A stretch of 64,000 nt of DNA from an uncultured Opitutales bacterium (lineage in GTDB: Bacteria; Verrucomicrobiota; Verrucomicrobiia; Opitutales; JABDGR01): the NCBI GenBank assembly GCA_964561455.1, contig CAZLPS010000008.1, positions 23,307-87,306 on the forward strand, read 5' to 3'. The stretch's first letter is position 1, and each line of letters begins with the position of its first letter. Positions 15,001-19,566 of this stretch are shown here, in pieces. The notes beneath the pieces were generated by a model, which did not search any database, was not told the origin of the DNA, and worked only from the letters and a program-made list of their open reading frames with translations. Made by a program: the position numbers and the translations under genes.

Positions 15001-16084
15001 TCATGAGGGTGTAGCTGATCGGCTGGTTCAATTCGAGCGTGCCGTTGACGCTGATGTTCCCGGCGATGGTGCCCAGGAGCGATCCAGCATTGGTCACCGA
15101 GCCGTTTGCGCCCAAGCGCACCGTGCCGCCCGTGATAAACAATACCGGGGTGGTCGAGTTCGCCCCGCCGCCAAAATTATTCGTCCCGGTCAGCACCAAA
15201 CGTTGCGGCCCCTTCCAGGTCAGGTTGCCGGGGCCGGAAACGTTGGTAAAGGTCAGATTGCCCGAGCCACCATAGCTGTTATTGCCGCCGGAACCGCTCC
15301 CGGAGGTGGTGATGGAAGCATTGTTCGCCAGCACCACGCCACCGTTAAACACCATGCTGTTTGACACCGGATTGCTTTCAAAAGTGAAGGCGCCGCTGGT
15401 GTTGTTACCCGCAGTGCCAATTTGCAGCCCATTGGTTACAACCTCCGAATTGCCGCTGCTGTTATTGAGTTGTCCGCCGTTGATGACAAAGGTCCCCGAT
15501 CCCCCCGCGGCCGCATTGTTGTAATTGAGCGTGCCGCTATTGAGTATAAGACCGCCATGGAACGAGTTCGTGCCAGTCAGGGTGACCGTTCCCACGCCTG
15601 CGGTGGTATTGCCCAGCGTCAGGGAGAAGTTGTTGGCCCCATCGCTGATGTTACCCGAGACCGTAAGCAAGCCCGTCGGCCCCTCGGTCCATTGTTGGCT
15701 TGCCCCCAGGACGATCGGCGCCGATATGGTCAGGTTCACCGTCGCGTTGCTCATGTCAATGCCACCGCCGTTGACGGCCAGGGCATTACCGATGGTCAGA
15801 TTTGCCGTCGGGTTGGACGTGAGATTCGCCGTGATGAAAATCGAGCCTTGCGGATTCAAGATCTGAATTGCGCCTGCCGTAATGCCACTGCCCACCGACA
15901 CCGACTGGTTGAACGACTCCACGGTCCCGTTCCAAATCAGCAAATTGCCGGACGTGGGCGCAAAGCCCTGCAACCAACTCGCGCTTTGGTCCAGCGTCGT
16001 GTTGTTGTCCGCCTTGGTCAGGCCGGTCAGCGATTGGCCCCGCGCCCCCAAGGGCACAAACAGGGCGGCAAGCAAGATGCCCAA
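1..16084 (-). CDS. giant secreted autotransporter-associated beta-strand repeat (PATR-type) protein; 5' part only, runs off the left window edge
   Basis: The minus-strand frame with codon first bases at positions = 1 mod 3 has no stop from 16141 to the window edge. The ORF track lists no long complete minus ORF here because this ORF is incomplete. Hand translation 16093->15400 gives ...RNGLRFGITFLGILLAALFVPLGARGQSLTGLTKADNNTT... (signal-peptide-like). It continues ...NFSLTLGNTTAGVGTVTLTGTNSFHGGLILNSGTLNYNN..., matching the G-x-L/V-T-L-S/T-G-x-N-S/T-F/Y-x-G-G pattern of PATR repeats. Positions 58->2 give GASTTFSAALSGSPINNIA in the same frame. There are 5361 codons from the first in-frame TTG (16084) to the edge, and no in-frame ATG at the 5' end. 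Confidence 0.85.
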   Translation of the reverse strand, partial: MGILLAALFVPLGARGQSLTGLTKADNNTTLDQSASWLQGFAPTSGNLLIWNGTVESFNQSVSVGSGITAGAIQILNPQGSIFITANLTSNPTANLTIGNALAVNGGGIDMSNATVNLTISAPIVLGASQQWTEGPTGLLTVSGNISDGANNFSLTLGNTTAGVGTVTLTGTNSFHGGLILNSGTLNYNNAAAGGSGTFVINGGQLNNSSGNSEVVTNGLQIGTAGNNTSGAFTFESNPVSNSMVFNGGVVLANNASITTSGSGSGGNNSYGGSGNLTFTNVSGPGNLTWKGPQRLVLTGTNNFGGGANSTTPVLFITGGTVRLGANGSVTNAGSLLGTIAGNISVNGTLELNQPISYTLMNNITGSGGVTQVSNNILTMPTIQTYTGTTQVNPGGTIFFGNGTSNGSVAGGVTDNGALVFQEAGNFNFTSGIGGNGTFNKVDSGFNANASLTTAFSGTNNNLVLNANTTNFLNAAGNAINVTFAYTGSNNAAEGVTVNGTNIVVTLATNNSGAVASTTTTFGANADIEYTATSAGTNANNLTIKYIAGTGNNAPSTLALTGNLITVTLGTNGTGVVNATALQVANLIQNNITVNTLLTAQLPSNGTLGQGILAPTPSTANITLGSTIAGANSTITSTAASVKATLTNATVQALIQVPTFAAGTTDGTGPITAALTSNLGGGSNATTNLTLSGGSSFTGASSITTGTITMNNSSAMGNSTLTYNVGGGLLSFGTLTSASFGGLSGNQNVALANTTGAGITLSIGGRGSNNTYTGVLTGPGNLTKNGGGTLTLTQNNTFTGNTSITGGQINFGNLGAMGANTAANSFNITGGGLQWATNYLSTSGDNGDFTPRLAAASGNNIGNATFNTNGNNITLAAIGLNASTGTNSNVSLTKSGTGTLTFANTVNLNVGTASATVNANAGTLQLGNFSNAGGLPSVAATSIAYNISDIASVVFAEPSNITFSGILSGNGVVTQTATGGQTASYTTTMPGLNNDIIFTAASGVGTAGNSANVTFATGFTNIATANNQSLSFGVSGNGVTVNLATDNTGSGAALTTAFGGNSDITYTANTGTKYGAAGNGITVTYVNANATTTGLPVAAISGNAITVTLATTGYATASQTIGAGGTTGTGSGILYTANTTGFGGTVGNSINVTYVNPETAGAALSFSLNGTTGIIVNLATTAATGTNSTLATTGSANGNVTYTSKLLGTAQNGASGGPKVSYINPGAANKPLAVSVSGNVINVSLATDGTGGITTTAAQVIAALTAVPAAAALITPTNTGASTGVGLVTATNTTASILNQSLTGGTEPTISTTAATLAAAIAANTTLTALVSATGTGTGVIVPTAATSLASGNTGSVTAANTASAVKTAVDAVAATLVTTTVAGNGNGQVNPLVATNLTGGANPNVTTTANSLLAGLSNTSVTGSVSASAIINAALAPGNSGTGLLAPAVVTNLTGGSIAVATTLTLSNTNSFNGNVVIAGGTLAITGANAIANATLVYNNGLFNYGSLTSFTLGGLSGNQNIPLTNPISGNAVTLNIGGFQNSPVYSGVLFGSGSLLKTGTGILSLSGTNTFTGGTTIKGGLINFTNGSNFGGGNLVLFNGGLQWATGTTTDISAFLKGPFGGIIGNITPNSGNDTFDTNNNNVAFNTPVSGNGTFVKAGNGTLTFNVPNKYTGGTVITGGLINFNSLNNFGPSSISLAGGGLQWGLGTTLDPASQLNPVINGFNASVTSPGALNNAIVFTANGTNSLVAGANGNNLVNISVTFDNAANSSVLQINGTNIVIVAAGNGSNAGANATATNITALINGNATASALVSASLAPGNNGSANVTTYANITPTGGHYSVLDTNGNNVTLSEAFSGPAGFTKAGSGVLTLTGNNTYRGPTGITAGTLQLGNSQALQNSTLTILQGGGSVSFGTLSNATLGGLAGNGTLDLSNAAGTGAVNITVGQNNVNTTFNGTLTDIHGLGNATQGTLTKVGSGALTLQTPNSYNGATFLTNGSIVFNANNNFGATPNLTISNATLTWATGTTTDVSSILNPNGALQGTSVTLNTNGNDVTLKSPLTGSARLFNNGGTGVLYLAGNVASTYSGGTTTNTGTLSLGNVSSSGGNMTGNIVANGTLYFNEPTNAIFSGLLSDNGNINVNPGVAALNATNLPITNTGLNIRSAVFGNVTNNVGGVGNNGIVVTYVNPEANSQALAVTVANSSANLTTGAGATAVNYTANASNAVTNGVLGNGIQVQYVVNATSAVSRSITTSGNLIIVNLATSAGGVVSPTETPANISAAINASPSAQVLVVASGSGTGVLGALPASNLTNGLTAITTSLATDANGAAASVTTNLGNNADLAYNAAVTGTTNQFGNIGNAINITYANPLSNQAAVNATVNGNNIIVNLATVANSGANATASTTFGSQADLTYTSTKQSSNYNGNVVIVYANPGASNPTANLSIATSPASVATGSVGTNSGITFSANSTNASIAGIYGSNVSVQLVSGNGNSLPTTALASGNTVIVTLGTDVNGAVSATAANVISAIAANAGAAALVSAANTSTSNGSGVVAPLANAVPLAGGTSTITVFLATNGGGTITSTATSIAGLFGNISVANGSAAGNLVTVANAGGSNGSGVVSVLGSLPLVGGTTPTINTALSTAANVTAAIAANASSGNLVVVSNAVGSSGAGAVSSLNTFSLLGGVDPGITSNATNVRDALNGNVSNIINAALGSGSNGSGIVANGTFILNNGANPTATTLTLSNNNTFSGNVFVNSGTLVLGVPLALQNAIVSVNSGGGVLSFGTLSAATLGGISGSGNLALANGSNGAMALTIGQGDLNSNFSGIISGNTSGNGSLIKVGNGTLTLTGINTFTGGTFVDAGKINFNSIKSFGNAINAALSTGSVGSNNGITFTSDVPGTPSNNITIAYSTANVGQAVSNLSIVGNTITVNLSNTGGTSNATAASIIQLINGNATANAMLTAANTSTSAGNGTVAALGATSLSGGTYSLNLLGGGIQWATGTATDISLVLNPNLIAGPTNDIDTLDTNGSNVQLSTPLTGVAGVIRAGGGSLTLVGNNTYTGPTTNNSGGTLQLGNGTTPGFLVNSPLTNSGTLKFNEPLDILYSAILSGGGAVTQAGQNASGIYSLTTGSAANGTGLTFTATPSNIGAAGANVAVQFTASGTNTTATATVSGNVVMVDLGTGAGNNTAAAVVAAILASPNAFALVTPNLALGSNGTGTLTAQAPLNLTAPLYTLNTGNARAGSALSYTANTTFAGTAGTNITIAYVNGVGNNTGTTAAVSGNAITVTLGTSGTGVVNANATQVLNALTTGPNSTAILALITPVLATGSNGAGVVSATGSTALGAPGTNLILAGNNTYTGGTSIQFGTLVVGNPNALARTSLTYDTTTQGILAFGFANSTVSLPVSAAFIAVLNGNRDISLNNNLGGPVALTVGAQNNNMTYTGNFTGSGSLIKAGNATLTIGGSLSSYTGGTIIQNGGTIAFQATSSAQTNFGTGPIFLNGGQITWPSTSTYDLSALGITLGNENSNTLNIATGANFTLAGSISGTTPTNGTSVSGVNLLPSSGFKLILTGNSTYIGQTTVGTFTNSTSFNTRTLQMGDGASGIGSVAGNIFLSGNSSNFGTAGNFSNLTINVTSSALGAGNKYNLINNISGNGNLIEAGSGDVIVGGSNSFTGTTSILPTAGNIIANSTTALVGQTYASNASVTGILQFGTGAALSVALGGLSGNGNITMVDTSGAPIVLTVGNNSAATTYNGTLSGVGSQLNKSGTASLTLVGAQTFTGTTLIGAGGITLGNQTANGSLASTSIQDGGNIVFNEAPGVFTEAALISGTAGQLTQNGPNSTLVLTAQNTYTGTTTVNANGTIQLGDGRTAAHDGLLQGAVAVALNGTFVFNNFGATTFSQLINGAGTLIQNGYANTSVATKAIGSVPSNNALLFTANATNNTLTGMLGNNISISYVNPQINNSPLSFAVTGNAITVNLATAASGGLAAANSLGTGIGQVTFTAKTLGVAGNNTSISYVQAGNNTPISVQVNGTAIKVNLATDAFGNVAPTMTAANITANIIASTAASALVTPTGPGAGVVVPASATFLTGGADAVVTSTALSIASNIGNVSFTNGTAVAALITAANVTGSNGSGVVTPTAATNLAGGVSTGSSLTLAGNGVNGTITTVLFNGTSPAATVAPGNLVLGNATALLTSNIIGYNTGGNIGNLSFGSLTSAGIGGINGNKNLDISNLTLTVGNGNVSSTFSGLLTSTSGPAALVMTGSGTFTLAGGATLAAGTSPFTTSLSSSNVTVNNGTLQLGNATSFGMVVGNVVVNSVPNANATLSTVSTLAFAEPADMVYGNVVLGTGGINQNGVTPAVSAANTTTLGANANLLFKATAAGVVGNTINITYVNPGIQNSPLGVAVNANNITVNLPTDSTGHNANLTTNLGVTNADLVFMAKNSGTVPNGVTVSYINPGVINSALAISSLSTATNIIVSLPTLAGTNASLATVGASNGNITLTAKSPGTASNLVNVTYISSGTLAVSNISASSTTSNIIVNLSGTNSVSNATALSIITLLNGNSVVNSVLLASNTGVSNGTGFVSPISAPLANGANIGINAAAATAALVAAAINGNATANAVLTASVPLTSNGAGVVTVLAPTALTNGTNAGVLSTTAAQVLALLQANSTVTGLVTTALAPGNDGTGLVTPTVVANLSGGLAAAPNTLTLTGANTYTGNTTVSQGTLQIGNGSFGSIAAGSVLAVTGNVIFNEAADVTVANTITGSGNMFVLQNNAATRTLTLSGANTLSGNTYVAQGAKLVLASNTALANTTLNMIVGNTSANGTVSFGSLSNVTIGEFSGNQDIAMTSTAGAVALTLGNNTVTTTYTGNLTGPNAGSDFFKVNSGTLNLGGNLSFIGNITSSGGLNLSGNVQIGNVTKPGSLNVINGTVTLSGANNNYTGGTTIGTASSGATVAFNQANSFGTGQIVSNGGTLQWNAPVDISALLTNAIQLGNSTIFNLNANQLTLASPIGGPGNLAIQGANGVTATAASVGATNGNITYTSTSSLNATGNGIIVKLVNPETTNSLLTVTPSGNIITVSLATNATTVPANASTTTTFPLPNSNLIFTTKLAAGTPGANLSNVTFVNPGSPNSALSFNVTGNNLIINLATDGGGNITSTAASISSNIGNASFTNGTAAGALFTVANVPANDGSGLVAARPITALTGGTDATISSTAAQVAQAINGNTSLITATTPVGAGVGLVTATNVTTANGVSAGILTLSGANTFAGTTNITAGTLIVANSLALQNSTLNYIPAAGIVQFAPNITSVTMGALNLTSALALATTAGQAVTLTEGGNGASTTFSAALSGSPINNIA

Positions 16085-16964
16085 AAAGGTGATCCCGAAC
16101 CGGAGACCATTCCGGTTGTAACGATGGAGGGAGTATTCGATCATAGCGCGGAGCAGGGTACTGGGTTGGAAGAAAGCGCCGGAACGTCTCGGGTGGTGGA
16201 TCAGTGACTGGATCCGCAACCAAAAACAGGGCGCATTTTTTTATTTTTTAAAGGGGTGCGGAGGAATAAGAAGCGGCCGCGAGTGGCGGCAAAAGTGGCG
16301 GTGATACTGCCGCAAGTCGCCGACGCCGAAACCGTGGCCACCGCTGCCCCAAATCCCCCATCCTCCGAGGGAGCGGGCCGCAAGGCTAACGGTACTTTGG
16401 CGAGTGTTCATTGAGGCGATTAATAAAAGTTATCAGCCGTAAGGTAGGGGTAAAATAGACGTGGCGAAAACAAACGGACGCGGCATTCCCGTAATCTAAC
16501 CGGGGAACACTCGCGTTGAGGGGGGTTGGGGGTGGGGAGCTCGCAGCTTCCTCCATTATTGTAAAAAAAATGTATGACGCAACCAATTTTTTGCTTTTTT
16601 TTCAGAGTTTTTTCGGAGGAGAAGAAGCCTGCCGGAACCCCGGGGTGAAAATCTCCCGGACGGCGTTTGCATAACGTCCATTACCTTAGGTTTCGAGACG
16701 GATGTTCACAATCCGTTGACGCACCAAGTCCTTGGCAGGGAGCAAAGAGGGCGAGTTATTCACAATTCTTCCCCAAGATTCACCCTCGGTTCGGCCCGGG
16801 TCCATCCTGGGTTGGATTCCTCACGAAACCCCCGCCGCCCAACCAGGCCTCCGGAAAGGCTGTGCACATCTGACCACCTGCCGATCCCATCCGTCGGAGC
16901 CCCTTCCTGCCGGTGACTTAATGATTTTTGTTATTATTCAATGTTATCATAAATATACCGGCTA

Positions 16965-18143
16965 TTATTCAAGGCCGGGGCGGATTCCGCCCACCGCCCG
17001 CGCGCCCGCCTGGTCCAACCCGGGCAGTCCGGGTTGGACGGGTCCGGGTCGGCGAAATTCCCCCGCATTCAGCTCCATCGTTTTGGGCGCCAAACCGGCT
17101 TTCCGGCAGGCCAGGGCGAACAGGCTGGCAAAGGTCTCCGTCCAAATGCCCTCGCCGGTCATCCGGGTGCCAAAGCGGGGGTCGTTTAACCGGCCTTCGC
17201 CACCCCGCAAGTCCCCGAGGCGTTGCTCGATGCGTGCTTTCTTTCCCGGAAACTCGCGGTCGAGCCAGGCGGTAAACAATTCCTTCACCGCGAAGGGCAA
17301 ACGGAGCAATTGCGGATGGGCGAACACCGCCCCAGCCTTTGCGGCCGCCTCCACAATGCTGACCATCTCCGTATCGTTGAGCCCCGGAATGATCGGCGCC
17401 ACATTCACCCCCACCGGCACTCCCGCTTCAGCCAGGCGCGACACCGCCTCCAACCGTGCCCGGGGCGAAACCGTCCGCGGCTCCATGCGGCGCGCGAGGT
17501 CGGGATCGAGCGTGGTGATGGATACGAGCACGGCCACGCCGCGCCAGCGGGCCATTTCTCCGAGCAAACCCAAATCCCGCGTCACGAGCGCATTTTTCGT
17601 GACAATCGTCACCGGGTTGCGGAACCGCGCCAGCACTTCCAGGCATCCGCGCGTAATGCCAAACCGCCGCTCGGCGGGCTGGTAGCAATCCGTCACCCCG
17701 CTCATATTGACCCAGGTGGGGTCCCACCGCGGATGCTGTAACACCGCCTCCAGCAATTCCGGGGCGCGGTGTTTGACCATGATCTTCGTCTCAAAATCGA
17801 GGCCCGCACTGAAGCCGAGGTATTCATGGGTGGGCCGCGCATAACAATAGATGCATCCGTGCTCGCAGCCGCGATAGGGATTGATGCTTTTGCGAAAAGG
17901 AATGTCCGGGCTTTCATTATGACTAATGATGGATTGCGCGTTATCGGGGATGAAAACGGTGTCGGCGCGGCGCGGCGCCATCAAGTCCGCACCACTCAAT
18001 TGCTCCCAGTCCGGTACCGCCACCGTTTGCTCAAACCGGTTGCGGGGGTTCTCCTGCACGCCGCGACCCCGGGCCAGCGCGGCCGGTGGCAACGCGCTGG
18101 GCCCGTCGCCGGGGTTGGTCGAATTGGGCTGCATGGTGAACAT
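16965..18143 (-). CDS. radical SAM protein, PA0069 / SplB-like (COG1533) family
   Basis: ORF 16965..18227(-). CEHGCIYC is the CxxxCxxC radical-SAM cluster motif. The N-terminal RGRGVQENPRNRFE and the overall layout recall the PA0069 family (from memory). Start trimmed to ATG 18143 (MFTMQPNS); ATG 18134 is equally possible. Confidence 0.8.
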   Translation of the reverse strand: MFTMQPNSTNPGDGPSALPPAALARGRGVQENPRNRFEQTVAVPDWEQLSGADLMAPRRADTVFIPDNAQSIISHNESPDIPFRKSINPYRGCEHGCIYCYARPTHEYLGFSAGLDFETKIMVKHRAPELLEAVLQHPRWDPTWVNMSGVTDCYQPAERRFGITRGCLEVLARFRNPVTIVTKNALVTRDLGLLGEMARWRGVAVLVSITTLDPDLARRMEPRTVSPRARLEAVSRLAEAGVPVGVNVAPIIPGLNDTEMVSIVEAAAKAGAVFAHPQLLRLPFAVKELFTAWLDREFPGKKARIEQRLGDLRGGEGRLNDPRFGTRMTGEGIWTETFASLFALACRKAGLAPKTMELNAGEFRRPGPVQPGLPGLDQAGARAVGGIRPGLE

Positions 18144-18261
18144 AATAGCACAAAAATCCGCGGGCGCAAATGTTTTGGCATGGCGCGCAGGAGCGAAGTA
18201 ATTTTGCAGTTGGATGGCAGGCAACAAAGACTAGGATGCTTCCTTAATCCCCTGGGCTGAT

Positions 18262-19566
18262 ATGTCATTCACGGTCATTTTCCCTTCCCCCCGTCTGGCG
18301 ATTTTGCTTCCACTGCTGGCCGTGGCCACTTTGGCCGCCGCCGACATTTCCGCGCCCCCCGCCGCCACGCCGCCCGTGTCCGCCAACTTTACCACGGCCT
18401 CGCTGCAACTGCGGGTGACGCCAAAAGTCCCCACCCCTTTCGTTCCGAACGCCGCCAACGCCACCGCTTCTACTTCGGCCGGTCTGCTGGATCAATGGAC
18501 CATCGCCAGTTCCGGCGAAACCTCTTATTATTGGCAGTTGGCCTGGTTGGGGGATTCCTTTGTAGGCGTCGGCAGTGACGGCGCGGTGGTCACCTCGCCC
18601 GATGGGTTGCACTGGACGAAGCACCCCACCAATAGCAAGGAACAATTGGACGGCGTGGCCACCAACGGCAAAATCCAGGTGGTCGTGGGCACCAACGGCA
18701 CCATTCTCACCTCACCGGATTTTGAAAAATGGACGAAGCTGCCGGCGCTCGTCAGCGAACGCTTGTTTGCCGTGGTCTGGCAAGGCTCCCAGTTTCTGGC
18801 GTTCGGCGCGGACGGCGCCATCGCCTCGTCGCCGGACGGCCTTACCTGGACCACCGGGCCCCGCACCACCACGGTAACCTTTCATCACGGCCTCTGGACC
18901 CGCGGCCAATTCGTCATGTCCGCCTTCGATGGCCTGCTGACCTCACCTGACGGGCTGGTTTGGCGCCTAACCCAGCGCACGAACCAGCGCATGATGGCCG
19001 TGGCCGCCAATGTCAGCCAATTTGTCGCCGTGGGCGAACAGCCCTACGGCATTCTAACTTCACCGACTGGAGCATCTTGGGCCCCAGCCAACCTGTCCGT
19101 TCACGAAAATATCTCGGGCGTTATTTGGACGGGTGCCCAATTCATCGCCGTCGGCTCAAACGACACCCTCCTCAGTTCGCCCGATGGCGCGGTCTGGACC
19201 GCGCGTCGGACCGGCACCGGCTTGGATCTGAACGACCTCGCCCAACATGGCGATGTCGTCGTGGTCGGCACCCGCACTGGCGAAATTCTCATTAACAAAC
19301 ACGTCGAAAAGACCGCTGCGCCGGAAATTTCCCTCGCTCCGGGCGCGCCGGGCTCCGTCCCGCAAATTTTACTCACCTGCGCAACCGCCGGGGCGAAGAT
19401 CTATTACACGGATGACGGCAGAAATCCGACCACCAGCGCAAAGCTTTACACGGGGCCTTTCACCGTCGCGCACGCTTGTACCATCGCGACCCGCGCCTTC
19501 AAAGATCAGGCCATTCCCAGCGACCTGGCCGCAGCCTTGTTCACTCCCGGCCCTACCGCCCCATGA
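18262..19566 (+). CDS. secreted Asp-box (BNR-like) beta-propeller repeat protein with C-terminal chitobiase/hexosaminidase-C-like (CHB_HEX_C) domain; single-module paralog
   Basis: Signal-peptide-like N-terminus MSFTVIFPSPRLAILLPLLAVATLAAA. Six roughly 45-aa repeats of the form W.G.qFvAvG..G.i.tSPDGxxW (SPDGLHW, SPDFEKW, SPDGLTW, SPDGLVW, SPTGASW, SPDGAVW), close to the Asp-box SxDxGxxW. The C-terminus PEISLAPGAPGSVPQILLTCATAGAKIYYTDDGRNPTTSAKLYTGPFTV...RAFKDQAIPSD resembles CHB_HEX_C. Confidence 0.8.
   Translation: MSFTVIFPSPRLAILLPLLAVATLAAADISAPPAATPPVSANFTTASLQLRVTPKVPTPFVPNAANATASTSAGLLDQWTIASSGETSYYWQLAWLGDSFVGVGSDGAVVTSPDGLHWTKHPTNSKEQLDGVATNGKIQVVVGTNGTILTSPDFEKWTKLPALVSERLFAVVWQGSQFLAFGADGAIASSPDGLTWTTGPRTTTVTFHHGLWTRGQFVMSAFDGLLTSPDGLVWRLTQRTNQRMMAVAANVSQFVAVGEQPYGILTSPTGASWAPANLSVHENISGVIWTGAQFIAVGSNDTLLSSPDGAVWTARRTGTGLDLNDLAQHGDVVVVGTRTGEILINKHVEKTAAPEISLAPGAPGSVPQILLTCATAGAKIYYTDDGRNPTTSAKLYTGPFTVAHACTIATRAFKDQAIPSDLAAALFTPGPTAP

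Noticed and set aside
167-15866. Dozens of long + strand ORFs across 0.1-15.9 kb (for example 167..2197 of 676 aa, 4343..5935 of 530 aa, 6906..8651 of 581 aa, 6860..8095 of 411 aa).
   Set aside because: They overlap one another in two + frames. Their translations are low-complexity (R/G/A/D-rich or P/L/V/A-rich) with no recognisable domains. They are exactly antisense to one continuous minus-strand frame that encodes sensible PATR repeats. Long antisense ORFs of this kind are expected from GC-rich, stop-poor repeat DNA.
15786-16223. Minus-strand 145-aa ORF containing the only ATG (16145) near the giant gene start.
   Set aside because: It is a different frame from the giant ORF. Its translation (…PSLQPEWSPVRDHLFGHLACRPVCALGG…) has no signal peptide or repeat character and terminates after 145 aa. 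It is kept only as context for the start-codon anomaly.
16840-16880. SRP-RNA or RNase P-like string (ccaggcctccggaaaggctgtgc) in the long non-coding region.
   Set aside because: It lacks the conserved GGAA...AGCA symmetric-loop motif of SRP domain IV and the GGAAAGUCCGG P4 motif of RNase P. The resemblance is superficial.
16732-17741. + strand ORFs (317, 115 and 172 aa) overlapping the radical SAM gene.
   Set aside because: They are antisense to a well-supported CDS and have Arg/Pro/Ser-rich composition typical of off-frame GC-rich sequence.
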